Assembly: GCF_009914755.1 (NCBI RefSeq)
Contig: NC_060940.1
DNA from: the human T2T-CHM13v2.0 reference genome, Homo sapiens
Direction: 5' to 3' (one strand)
DNA: 64,000 bases
The notes under the pieces are model-generated. The model ran no database searches and was not told the origin of the DNA. It saw only the letters and a program-made list of their open reading frames with translations. Both the position numbers and the translations under genes were made by a program. Shown piece by piece: positions 32,301-47,325 of this stretch; position 1 is the first letter of the stretch; every line of letters starts with the position of its first letter.

Positions 32301-35300
32301 CCACACTGTATCGATACTATTTTTGTCTCAGTCGAAGCCATCCTAAAGTTATATATACTTAGATCATATAATCTTCAATAGAATTGTTTTTACCAAGTTG
32401 CTTTTTGATGTTATAGATGAGCCTTAAGTAATTCACAACTGAATTCATACACAAATGTTATTGAGTCTATTTCCCACCATGTTAGAGAGGTTTATGAGAG
32501 CTCAATGCAGAAATGCCTCTGAAGTGGGAAAATCTATAGTTTCTCCAAAGAAACTATTATAGTTGTAACAGAAAGAATGATGGAAAATAATAAGATAGAA
32601 AATCGTATGAAGGAGTACAGAAGATGGGGCACTATTGAAGGGATTATTTAACAGCAATAAGGATGAAAATGTGTCATTGAAATTCTTTAGGTTCCACATA
32701 GAAATTGCACCAGTTTATCCCGGCAGACATATTGTTTAGAAGTTTTTAAGAAAAGAAATTTTTGAATCATGGTTTTACACTGTTTTAGGTCATGGGAACT
32801 AGTAAACATGTTTCACTCTGCAGACTATTAGTCAACATTTAGATCATGCTTTTCAATAAAGAATGTCAAATTGTGAGAGGAGAATCGATAGATCTAATTG
32901 TTACAGTCACTCAACTGACATGTTGACGGGCCTGGAAAATTTCTCACATGAATAATGGGTGAAGAGTCAAAGAATGATTCTTTTGGGGAAAAGAAGACCT
33001 GCCAGGGTTTTGGAAAGGGTATGTGTATGCATTTAGTATTGTTTAGTGTGGTAGCTCTATGGTCCTGACTGTCACATATTTATTGGGCTGCCATGTGTTA
33101 GGTGGAAACACAAAGCTGTCATTTTTTTGTAGGACAGAAAAGGCTGAATACTGACAATTTCATATGGTTCCACCTAATAGAATAGGAAACACAGGTATCT
33201 CTGAATTGTTTATCTAAGGTAGAATTTGGGGAAGAACTTAGAACTTATAAAAATTAAATTTTAGACTAAAATATATAGATATATCTAGAGTTGTTCAAAA
33301 ATGAAAATAGAGCTGAAATATCAAGTGCTATAATGGAGTTCACATAAGAATTCCATGCTTTATATTTGAGGTTGGATATGTGCTTTTTCTTTATCCCTTT
33401 CATTTATATGGATCTAATCTTCTATAATGTTTAAAACATTTTGATTGAGATGTTCTTTGGCATTCTTTTTTTCTCTTGATTTAAAGATCTGCTTTACAAC
33501 CAAACAGTAAGATTAAACAAAACAAAACAATGCCCATGGCTTCATGATCACTCTACCCATTTAGAAAGGCCTTGTGCATGGCCTATTATGGTCATCTTGA
33601 AATTCTTTGTAATTTTTTATCAAAGGGTTCTACATTTTCACTTTTTACTGGGCCCTGAAAATTATGCACCCAGTCCTCAATCCGTGGTCTTCTTAAATTT
33701 GCATGCAGATTAGAATTATAAAGGTACATTAATTCTAGGCCGTCAAAGCCTAGCTTATAACTTTCAAATTACATTTGGGAATTGTTCTTATATAACAGCA
33801 TTTATTGCTCCAAAGATCATTATGTAATAACTACTAAATAATCTATATGATTGTACATTTGGGAAACCATGAAAACTTTCTAAAAGAGCTCTGCTGTTTT
33901 ATGTAACAATCATGAAATATTTCCAAATGCATAAATATAAATAATTACAATAGAAAATCTGAGAGACAAAAAAAGCTATGATAGTATACCAATGCAATTT
34001 CTTGAAAACAGATACACATGAAACAAAGAATAAAGGAACAGCAGGAAAATGTGCCACTATTGTGGTTACAGCTTTGAGGCAACACATTAAAATGCCAACC
34101 AGACACAGGTGGCAACAGATGTATCTACCACCAAAAAAAAAAGTTAAATCAAGTGAAAAATTTCAAATGAAGTAACTGTTCAATGAAAAGGAAAAAGAAT
34201 AAAAACCACATCTGCTTACATGGCAATGAAACATGAAAGATTCTGCTAAACATTTATGTTGAAAATTAAGATGGAGGTAATTATGCACACTCATCCAAAA
34301 ATAGAAAACAAGGAATTAGTGGACCAATGCCAATGTTAATTTTGAAAACCTCAAGAAGAAGAAAATTAAGATATGGTTGATAGGTTCTCTACAATATAGC
34401 AAGAAAACTCTGCCCAAATTCTAAAGGATACAAAGTCTACTCAATTTAAAAACAAATGGCACGTTTCTGTTTCTTAAAAGACATACGCATAATCTGTGAG
34501 TGCATTTTCTACTTTAGAGACCATTTGAATTAAAATCCTTAAGTTCTTATGAATGTTTTCAAAATATGTACAGTAAATGAATAAAGCCCACAGTTATTTA
34601 AGGATAACATTTAAAATTATTTACTAAATCTTTAATATTAAAATAATAGTACATGCCATCCAGTCATAATCAAAAAAGCCAAGGTGATTATGGAGTATTG
34701 AGGCTGAAAAGAGAAAGATCTAAACCAACCTATTCTGGACTTCACTGTCAAGGAAAAAAATTGAGAGGAAAATTTTCAAAAAATACTTATACTTGTGAGA
34801 TTGGTGATGAGAAACAATCTGTGAAATATTGCCATTTCTCTGGAGTAAAAATTTTAAATGATTGGTTATCATGATGTCCCTTTCTCTTCACACTCAACAT
34901 CTTTCTGATTTGCTCCTCAGATCTCAGGCATGCTGAGGCTATAATGTCTTTCCGTCTACCTTAGGTTTACTATTTTAAAATTGATTTTTGATGTTGTTGT
35001 GAACATGAATTTTGTATTAATACAGGAGGATGGGGTGTGTATTTCTGAAAGTCCAGAGTTGTAGGGGCAAAGAAGAGATTTCTGGAGTTCCCCTGCGTGC
35101 CTGCTTACAGAGGTTTCCTTCCTGATATTGTCAACTTCTACAATTCTTGCTCTGGCTCCATTTTAAAGCCCTGAGCAGTTAAGTGTCTTTTCCCGACCCT
35201 CATTTATACTACCATGAGGCTCCTTTGTAACATGAAATGTACAATGTGACCAATTGTTGGCTGCCCAAACAAACATACGTTAGGACTTTTCACTCTGGCC

Positions 35301-38300
35301 TCCTATACTGAAACATCATTCACATTTAGTAAAGGAAGGGGCACTCTGTTAAACTCACCACATTCTTTACTTTATGGAGTCAGATAGAGATATTCCACTA
35401 AGTCCTTTTGCTTGATCCCATAGAGACCATCCTAGGAAAACTGAATTAATATGAGAGCAGGTAGAGTGAATATTCATTAAAGTCATTTACAACAACATCC
35501 AATAGTGTCTCCAAGTGGAACAGATATTTAGAGACCATTTGGCAGGAGATAGGATGGGGAAAGAGAGTGGCTGATGCATGCTGAGAAGTAGGAGGAACAA
35601 TCCAGCTTTTAAAATATTGTTCTTGTTAAGAGTCTGTTTATCAGGTTAAACACAGTCAAGTGGTCAGTTGGGTCTAATAATTCAGTAACTGAGAACAGAT
35701 GGAGAATACATGGATATGTGTCTGTGTGTACACTCACATGCAAAACCAGTTGCCCTGACTTTATCTTACTTACATCAATCTATTTACTGATTTTGATAGG
35801 AAGAGTATGTATTTTAGATACCTCAAGAGTATCTCCTGAAATACTTCCATATTCTTGCCTTTTGAAGAATCTTTTTAAAGGAAGAAAAATAATTATTAGC
35901 AAAGAATTCACATTCCCAATGGCTCCATTTTAATCTCCTTAATCAGGTGTTAAAATTCATGGCTTGGGAAAAGTGGGATGTTTACAAGGCCTATCTGTAC
36001 CATTTATCTATACCATTAGTTTTAATAGCCTGTTCACTTGAACAATTTCTAAGTATGTGGTAAAAGAAACTAAACTAAAATAATAATGCATTATATTTGA
36101 AAACATCAGTATCCTGTACACAAAACTTCCATAAGTAGTTCTTCCTAGATTGAAACTAGAACTAATCCATTTCCAAAATCATCTATATTTTTCTGAAGAC
36201 AAAAAAAATGTTGCTACAGATAATTGTCATAGGCTGCAAATATTCTGATTCATCCAGTATTTCTCTCTTGTTGCATGTTGTATAGATAAATATAATGAAT
36301 CAATATTAGGATAGCATATATTTTGTTAAATGTTAATGCAGAATTCTAAATTTTCTAGCATTCACAGAAAAGCAAGCTACTGATAGTAAGTAGTATTTAA
36401 AGAGAAATCTTATCTACTACAATGAATTGAGAAATCCAGGATATTAAGACCACAAAAATGATTGTTTAGATGATTTAATTATAGCACAACAGGCTTTTCT
36501 GCTGATAATGTTATAATTATGTTTTAATAACCCAATCTCAACAAACATAGCTAGAGTACAAATGATGAGCACAAAAATCCATCTCATCTGTAGCTCAGAC
36601 TAGTATTTCAAATGTAATTTCTCTATTAGTAATTTAGTCTGATTTTTATAATTCATTAGAATAAATCAATAACTGACTTAGAAATCACTTCTGTGATTTT
36701 TTTTCCACAGAAACATTAACAATACCACAAGCATTAAAATGTTGAGAAATATTTGTATATGATGATGTCAGTGGATGTTCCTTTCCTCAGCTAATAAATT
36801 CTAGTATAAAGTTTTCAGATCTGTACACAAAAATGGATCATAAAAATATAATCATGGTAGAAACTAGCAATTTTATGAATGTGGAGAAAGAGTTCAAATA
36901 GTACTTTTGTACTGTACTGTGTCCATGCAAAGCTTCATTCAATCAAACAAAAACAATACTGAATTTATTATGTTAAAATATTTAAGGACACTCTGGTAGA
37001 TGAGATCATTTTCCTGCATTTGTTCACACTCTCTCCTATCTCCATCTCTAAGGGACAGATATAATTCCCCACTCCTTGACTTTGATCCTTGCTGTGTGAT
37101 TTTGCTTAAGCCAAAGGGGTATCTTAGAGGATTTCAGGCAACAGAAGCCTGGCATGTTTTTGCACAGGCAGGTTGCACTCCTGACTTTTGCCATAACAAT
37201 AACATGCTTCAAGTACCCGGGAGGGCTGAGGAGAATCACAAATACGTAGAACAGATCTGGACACCAGCTGCAGCTTCAAGCCAATGCTAGCCAAGCCCAG
37301 CCTAGATCAGCTGAACTGCGTCTGACCAGAGGTGCATGAACAAGGAAGGCAACGCGGTGGACCTGGGCCAGATGAGCAGCTTCTACATTGGCCTGTGTTC
37401 CCGCCTCCACTGCAACATTTTCTCCTACCACTACTCTGGCTACGGTGCCAGCTCGGGCAGGCCCTCCGAGACGAACCTCTACGCCGACATCAACGCCGCC
37501 TGGCAGGCCCTGCGCACCAGGTGAGGGCGACCCCGGGCGCAGCTCAGCCTGGGCACACCCGAGAGGGGACCAGGCCGGGGGCCAGGGGCCGGGGGGAGGG
37601 GCGGGCTTCCCTGGGAGGAAGGTGGGCGGCCCTGCAGGAGAGGAGCCACAGTGGACGCATGCTGCCAGAGAGCCGGACAGGTGAGCTCAGGCATGCGGGT
37701 GCTGCCTCCACATGGCTGAGGTGTGGCCAGGAGGTCCCCCCACACCCTGGCCTGTGGAGCCAGGCTCCCTGGGATCCCCTGGCCTGAGGACAGGAAGGGG
37801 CTGAGCTTGTCACAGGGGCGTGGACACCACCTGGCGGGAGGGGGTGGGTGGTGTCAGGGGGTCTGTGCATGTGTGGCTGGGAGCCCACGGGCTGAGGCCG
37901 CACTTGGGGCCAGGTGAGGCGAGGCTGCTGCATCGAGGTCCCAAGGCCTGGCCCATGAGGCCCCGTGGCTGTGGAGCTCAGCCATCCCGGGGCAGGGCCT
38001 GCAGGGTCAGGTGCAGACCCCCAGCACACACCTGAGGTCTCGGCCAGCTTCGATTCCAGATCCAGCCCTCCTAATCATCCAGGTCCCCAGCCCTGCGCTT
38101 GCCTGGGCCCTTCACTGGTGTTTGAGCACCACCCGGGCCAGTGCTGCTCTGGACTAGAAGACCCGCGTGGGCCTCTGGGGGCCTTTCCTGCTCGCCACCC
38201 GCTGGGGCTGTCTCGTCCTGGCCCTGCCCTGCCCAGCCCAGTGGTCTGACCCGCTCCTGCAGGGGCCAGGCGCAGCTCTGAGAAGTCAGAGGCCCTGGGA

Positions 38301-39689
38301 GGTGGGGTCCTCGTTGCCTTGGAGATATCCCAGGCAGTCCCTGCTGTGGGCGTGGGAGCTGGGTCCCCTGGCACCACCCTGGCTCTGGGGGCCTCCCGGC
38401 AGTGTGGGGCGCCGAAACCAAGCACCACTTCATGCAGCTTCCTGGGCCCCCTCCTGTCTCTACTGCCCGGGGCACTGGCAGAGTCACACCCCCCATGGCC
38501 AGCTCTGAGCTCTGTCTACTCCGCCGTCTGTCCTGCTGTCGCTTTGTCCTGCAGGATCCTCGGCCCAGAGCCGTGAGGGGGAGGCCAGATAGCTCTCAGG
38601 GCCTCTATGGAGGATGTGTCTTGTTTGATTGTCTGAGTGGTGACATCTAGGTGGCAGCTGGGGGCTCCTGCCTGGAGCAGGTGACAGGGCTGGGCTGGCT
38701 CAGCACACTACTGGCCTTGGCTGCCAGGGAGCAGGCCAGGGAGGCTGAGGCAGAGCTGCAGCCACAGGCACAAGCCAGGCAGCATCCTTTGGGGCATGGG
38801 TGAGCAGTGAGCTGTGGAGTGCTGCCAGGAGGCTGGGATTCCAGGCCAGGGAGGGAGACAGCCCTGCTGGTGGAGTCCGAATGCCAGCCAGACGGGACGC
38901 ACACCTGCCCATGCTCCTGTCTCGCAGGAGGGCATCTGCCTGGCATCAGAGCCTGGAGCTTGTGGGAGGAGAGTTCTGGGGTCTCGGCATCGACAGGGTG
39001 GCAGGTGGGTCCCGCGTGGTTGGGACTGGGCATGAGGAGGCCTTGGGACTGGTGCTGGATCAGCTGGGCCAGGGGCCGCACACCAGTGACCTGGGAGTGG
39101 GGGTGGCCCTGGGTGGGAGCTGGTGGTGCTGAGGTGGCGGAGGACTTGTCCACTCCCAAGGGAAGGCACTGGTGGGAGGAGATGCTGCCCCCGCAGCCAC
39201 CACCCTCGATGTTGACCTGGGTTGGGCTGGCAGCTCATTGGGCATGGGACTCTGAGAGTCCAAAATTGGGTGGAGACATCTGGGGACACAGCTGCCTGAA
39301 TTCCTCATGGCCAAGGGGGTAGGCAAGGGCTGCAGGGAGGAAGAGTGTACCCTGTCCCGGCCAGTGCACCAGGAAGAGCTTTCTAACCTGGGCAGGAAGG
39401 CGTGAAGCATTCAGGATGTGGGAGGCCACACAGTTCCCAGTGTGCGCCTAGGGGTGACCAAGAGGAGGAGAGGTGCCAGGGCTTCCCCTACCCTAGCCCG
39501 AGGGGGACTCCCTAGCCAGGATCCAGCAGATCCTGGCTAGGAAACGCCAGTGAACCATAGTGGCAGGGAACAGGACCAGGCCGCCGGCTTCGCCCACCGC
39601 TGCGGTGTTGGGGGGCTTGGGGGTGGCCCTTGAGACTGGTGTGGAGCCTGGGCCTGACCAACTGACTTGGCTGAGCGGGGAGACTGGAG

Positions 39690-40420
39690 AGTCGCATCCG
39701 GAGCTGGGCCCGGGGACGCCCGCTGGCAGGAGGGGTGCGCGCGCGTTGGAGGCCTAGGCTGACCCTGCTCAGGTGCCGCCAGGTACCGCATCAGCCCGGA
39801 CGGCATCATCCTGTACCGGCAGAGCATCGGCACGGTGCCCACCGTGGACCTGGCCTCGCGCTACGAGTCCGCCACGGTGGTGCTGCACTCGCCGCTCACC
39901 TTGGACCTGAGCGTCGCCTTCCGGACACCAAGACCTACTGCTTCGACGCCTTCCCCAAGTGAGCAGGCTGGGGCGGGGACGGGGGCGGGGGCGGAGCGGG
40001 GCGGGGCCCGGGCCGGGCGAGGTCTCACCCGCCCCACGCCCCTCCCGCAGAATCCAGAAGGTGTCCAAGATCACGCCGCCCGTGCTCATCTTCCAGGACA
40101 CGAAATACGAGGTGATGGACTTCTCGCACGGGCTGGCGCTCTACCAGCGCTGCCCCAACGCCGTGGAGCCGCTGTGGGTGGAGGGCGCCGGGCACAAAGA
40201 CATCCAGCTCTACAGCCAGTACCTGGAGCGCCTGCGCCGCTTCATCTCCCAGGAGCTGCGCAGCCAGAGCGCCTAGCGGCCGCCAGGGCCCCAACCGGCC
40301 GGACCTCAGCAATAAGGCGGCCCCCGGACCTCACCCCGCGCCGGCCCCCCCAGGGACTGCATGTGGACCCCCGGGCGGCCCGGGGGACCCCGCCCCAACC
40401 CAGGGGCCGTGGACGATGTA
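39690..40420. promoter_or_regulatory. CpG island over the last exons of ABHD17AP
   Basis: Very high GC and many intact CpGs within otherwise AT-rich DNA. Confidence 0.65.
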
Positions 40421-40483
40421 AAGGCAACAGAGCTACGCACTCCTTTCCTTTTGGAAGCAAGAAGAAAAATCGTGAAAACGGAA

Positions 40484-40840
<357 letters not shown>

Positions 40841-41869
40841 GTTTTGCATAGATTTTTTAATGCAGAATCATGGTGGCAATGGCTAATGGCTACCAAGGTG
40901 CCATCGTTCAACAATCCTGTTATTCAGTCATCACATCTACTATGTGTAAGCCATAATATCTTCTAAAATGAATTATAACTATTTTCTAATTGAAATAAAT
41001 GGTATCACAATATTTCACTAAGTAATCTCTGCTAGTTTAGTCTCTATTTCATCTCCACGGAATGCCTTCTGAGTTCCTATAATTGTGACTAATTCTCTGA
41101 GACGACATCAGAAATATCAGTATAAACTATGAAACCTACAAAGGGGATTCCTCTTTTTCCTTTTTATTATAGAGATGCTTTTCTGTTTGTTTTCTGCACG
41201 CAAGCATGGTCTTAATCAATTTTGTATGCCCGTACCTAGGAGAGCCCCTGATTCATAATAAGACCTCAATAAGATTTGTTGAATAAAGTGAAAATATTAC
41301 TTTTAGCTTTCCCTCACCATTTTCTTCAAAACAGACTAGTTCATAACTGAAATAGGCATTGTTTCTAGAAAACAGTCACTCCAACTGATCCCCTCATTTA
41401 ATCATTTTTGTACTCCCTGAATCTATCATAATACCTGGCACATAGTGGGTAAGTAATCAATATTTGTTCACTGAACTAATGGAAGCATGAGTGAATGAAA
41501 CAATACAGGCATTTTAAAAGTATAATTCAAGATTGAAAGCATATTACTTGTCATTAGAGTGATTTTAAACAGCTAAGTATATGATAATTAGGAAGATTTA
41601 CTTTCCTGCTTCATTTAGATTTTAAATATAGTGATCGAGGTAATTATGATTTTCATTCGTTTATTCAATAAATGAATGTTTAATATTTTTTATCTCACAT
41701 GATAGATTGATACTGGTCAAAGACATTACAGTGATATTATACATAAAGATTTGTTTTAAATTTACAATATCTTGAAATTTTTCTCTTGTTAATCTACAAA
41801 GTATATTTATAGGTTAGGAAATATACTTTTTAAAATGTCAGATAATGATATTTTTATTTTCTATTTTAT

Positions 41870-42172
41870 ATTATTATTATTTTTGATACAAGGTCTCACT
41901 GTGTCACCCACACTGGAATGCAGTGGCATAATCATGGCTCACCACAACCTTAACCTCCCAGGCCCAGGTGATCCTCCTACCTCAGCCTCCTGAGTTGCTA
42001 GGACTACAGGTGCCTGCCACCTTGCCCGGCTAACTTTTTACTTTTTTTTTTTTTTTTTTTGGTAGAGATGAGTTTTCACCATGTTGCCCAGGCTGGTCTT
42101 GAACTCCTGCGCTCAAGCAAAACGGCAGCCTTGGCCACCCAAAGTGTTAGGATTACAGGCATGAGCCACCAC
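41870..42172 (-). mobile_element. AluJ
   Basis: Diverged reverse Alu. Confidence 0.9.
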
Positions 42173-42857
42173 TGTGGGGCAGATAATGATAGTTTTTCAA
42201 GAATCGGTAAAACATTGTCCTTCAATGAATTAGTGCAGAAGCATGAAAAACATCTATTATGAGCAAATCTGTGAAACAGATGTTGAAATTAGTATTCTAA
42301 TAAGGCTTTTGTGCTTTTTGATGATACAAAATAATTTTGCTATGACAATACAGTTACTTAAATGAGAAGTATGAATAACTTGCTTTGATATGTTTGTGGT
42401 ATGTTTCACTTATTTTTTGAGAAGGGTAATTATTAAATTTAAACTATATATGTAAAGAGTGCACATCAAATATTTTAAAACCCTGAAGAGTTAGGTCTTC
42501 ATTTCAAGAATTGTTAAGTGTCTTAAGAACATGTTTATTTTCTAGAAATGTTGAGCCTCTTCTTGGGTAATGTGATTCTTTTAAAAATTTTGGAAGGATT
42601 TCTTATTACATTAAAAATGAATGTACACAATAGGAAGTTACTAGGATAAAGTGAATTTAGCAGCTATCTTGCTTTGTTATATGTCTTATAAATTAAAATT
42701 ACATTTTCATAATTAAAAGCCAAGCTCATTTGCTTTGATAAGACTAAGAGGAAAGGAGTATTAAATGAAGTTAAATTAGATTTTACCGTCTTTTTAATAA
42801 GTTTCAGGCCTGGTTTGATAATATATTCCCAGATGCATAATTTAAAAATGATCTTTT

Positions 42858-43234
<377 letters not shown>

Positions 43235-44145
43235 TCAAAATATTTTAAGCAGAAATACATTTAAGTTTTAGCCTATAAATCACCAGAATTTATCCTAGTC
43301 ACCTAAATAAAAAATATAAAAGTTCTACATTTTAACGTCCTTTCAACATTTTATGACCAGAAAACCCAGCAGATAAACAGCTCAGGTCTTAATGGGAAAT
43401 GATAACATATAAGATCAGAGGCATCCGCATAAATAAATTTGTATCCAACACAAAACAATTACATACGCTTTAATCAAAAAGAAATTACCAATGGCCAACC
43501 CCAATCCCACTACTTTCAAAAAAAAGTCCTCAAGCTTTCCTTTCCAGTTGAATGTACACTGATGGAAATGGTTGTTTTATGCAGACAATTGATGTTTTTA
43601 AATGAAATGTCTAATAGGGAAGTCAGTGCATTACACTACCCATTCGAGAAAGCAGCCTTCCATTGAATTTACTCAGACAAACTAATTGCTGAATTAGATG
43701 ACCATGGAAAGTTATTGAGGGCATATCCAGCGCTTCCTTCTGAACCAAAACTAAATCAGTTTTGGTCAGTACTGCATTTCTATTCAAAATCAAGAACTGT
43801 TCGTCTCTCTGGAATATTAGTATCATAAGCCTGGGGAGGTGACAATGTCATGTAATGGAGTTGTGGGGAAAGGAGTCAGAGTGTTGTGGCAATTCCCCGA
43901 CCAAGGGAAAGAGTCTGTAGAAGTTCATAGAATCAGCTGACGTGCTATGGTCAAAGAATTCGGAATTAGCAATTGACCAATCAATTATGATTAACTCATT
44001 CTGTATGTCTATCATAGGCTATTAAAAATAGGAAAGGGTGTTTCTAAAGTGTGTTTCATAACAAGTGATTTAATGATAAAAGCTTGGACAGTTTTCAGAA
44101 TACAAAAATTCCGAGATACTAATATCTTTAAAAACTCCTGTCATT

Positions 44146-44171
44146 GTGTGTGTGTGTGTGTGTGTGTGTGT
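44146..44171. repeat. (TG)n microsatellite
   Basis: Visible. Confidence 0.95.
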
Positions 44172-46217
44172 AAACACTACCTGTGTAATCATCTATTGAG
44201 ATTTAAATTAGAACTTTTCTCAGTGTATCACAGTTCTAAAGGTACTATTTATTATATTGGTATCCTAGGAACAGAGTGAAAAAAGGCAAAGAGGTAATTT
44301 AGCACAGTCTTTTTCTACTAAAATCAGAGTGTCTCTCATCTCTGCCTGAATCCACTACATTGTGATTACTGAAATACATATTATAGAATATCTACTTATT
44401 TTGTGGATTTAGGCAATGATTATGATTATTGCTTTTCTCACATCTAATTTATATTATACATGAAGACATTTTGTAAAGAAGTTTTGGTCTCTATAAAAAT
44501 GAATGCTTAATAGAAACGTAATATTATTTTATGTTATTTGAATTGTTAGGTTTAAGAAAATAAAATGTTTTTTAAATCTATTACTTTTAACGACACTGTA
44601 ACATTTATTGGTTTTGCAATAAAATAAATCCAGAAAATTGCTGTGATATTACTTTTTATGTTTCTTATTGAAAGTAGGTCAATTAATTTCTAAGCAATGG
44701 GGCAATATAATTGTCAACTAACAGTGCTCAAGCAGTTAGGATTTTAACTGCTGACATTATTTTCTTTGAAAAATGATAGATGTCATTTAGTGTTTAAAGA
44801 TAAATTGCTGCATAACTGTGACTTTTTTGCTGATAACTTTGCCGTAAGCAAACATAATATGACCAAGAAATTTCAAAGTAAGTTTGCTAGGTGAGCAAAT
44901 CTAAATTAAAAAGGGTCTCATATTTCCTCAATCAGATATACTAAGATCAACCAAATGTTGTTTTCAATCTATAATATTAAAGGGCAATTGAGTCTGACTC
45001 AAACATCTGGAAACGTTAATGTTAACACTTAGGAATATGTCTCCCCATAGGAAAATCTTCACTGGCCATGGGCTATACCACATTTATCACAGGTGATTTT
45101 CAAAGGGACAAATATTGCCTATTTCACAAACAGGTCTGGAATGCAGGAAACTGCCAGAAATTAAGTGAGAGTTTGCACAATGGCTGACCCAGAGGAAGAT
45201 GTCAGAGTCACAGATGGAAAAGGGAGGTTCATGACTCCCCTCTGTTGCCAAGGTTCCCATTCTCAATTCAGAAGGATTTGCAGAGGGGGTGAAGGAATAT
45301 TGAAGTTTCTGAGATATTCCTTATGGACCAAGCTATAATCCAGTTATCTATTTACATCAGATCTCAGCTTTTTTTTTTTTTGAGGAGGGTGTGGGAGGGG
45401 ATGTGTGCAGAACATACATATAGGGCTTGTCCTAAAGGATGAAATAAAATTGTGTATGCTATGACCTCTCTAGGAAGCCTCTAAACTTTTCTTATAAATT
45501 GTCTTCTAACTAAAATATTTCTTTTGGTCATCCTTGGAGTACTCCCAGGTGACACACAGCTCAGGCTAACATTTCTACAGGACTGCTGCCTTGATCTCTA
45601 GAGAGTCCAGTGGTGTTCCATACCAATATGTCTGAGAGTCACTGCCAAGCTTCCACCCACAACCTTAACACACAGAGAAAGCTGACACTTTCTGTTATCT
45701 ATAATTTTCCTTGAGAAAAACGTGGCAATATGTATCAAAATACAATTATTAGTTTCAATATGTAGAATGTATTACAAGAAAATAAAAGATGCCAAAAACA
45801 TTTTATGTCTGCTGATATTCCTATTAGTCTTTATTATCATGAAAATCTGGTCACAAGCTAAATATCCAACTTTAGGTGACTGGATGAAGTAAAACTGTAA
45901 TCTTTCCATATGATAGAAAAATATGCCAGCACTGACAACCAGATAGCAGGATATTTAATGCCATGGTAAAATATTTGTTTTGTGTGGTCAGGTGAGCAGT
46001 TCAGATCATAAAATCAAACGTGCCCTACGGTCTTATTTTTTTAAGTAAAGTATTGATGTATTTATATGTATAATTAAGTATAGAAAAAAGCCTAGATGGC
46101 TTCTCTTATAAGTCTTTTCATTGTTTTATAAATGTATCAATATTTATTTTTCACTTTTTCCATCAGATTTCCTAGAATAATAAAATTCAATTCCCTCTGA
46201 TGAGCATTCATTATTCT

Positions 46218-46307
46218 TTTATTTTTTGAGACGGAGTCTCACTCTATCTCCTGCAGCTAGAGTGCAGTGGCCTGATCTCAGCTCACTGCAGCCTCCGCCT
46301 CCTGGGT
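46218..46307 (-). mobile_element. 5'-truncated Alu
   Basis: About 90 bp of the right arm; TSD TCATTATTCTT. Confidence 0.88.
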
Positions 46308-46967
46308 CATTATTCTTACAGTAAGAAAAAATGAATGTTACTAAGTATCTTCTCTGTCCTAGATCAACTAAGTATATACAAGGTGCCAAATACAATTAAT
46401 AAAATGTTTTATCCATTCATAGGTTTTTGCAGTACAATTTTTTTTTTTTATGATTCCATTGTCTTATAGTCTCCACTAATAGTTTTGGTGTGAATTTATA
46501 CTGTAAAGGAAAGGTGACAGCCTTATACAATCTCAGAGCTTAAGTACTATCCACATGCTAGTGCTTACAAACATACACTTTCAGTTGTGTGGTCTCCCTG
46601 AGTTCTGCACATCCCTCTTGGGTATCTAATAAGCATCTCACAGTTAACAACACCACTGATTTCTAATCAATCCCAGGGACCCTCTGCCAGGCCTGCTCCT
46701 CTCTCAGAGTTCCTTTTCTCACTTAGTGACACTATCATCCCACCAAACCTCGCTATCATCTTTCTTCTGTCTCCCAAATTTCCAATCCATTAACAAATCC
46801 CAATAACCCTGCTTCCAATATTTGTCTAAATCTATGCACTTCTCAGCTTATCCACTTTTATTATTCTAGTTCCAATTATGTGGTCTTCTGTCTGTATTAC
46901 TTTCTTTTTTCATTCTTTCATGCAGGGACCATTTTTCATAGTGAAGTCCTCATAAAACATAGATTAA

Positions 46968-47325
<358 letters not shown>

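Noticed and set aside
37521-39782. Dense overlapping 60-190 aa ORFs
   Set aside because: GC-rich intron with few stop codons; no recognisable protein.
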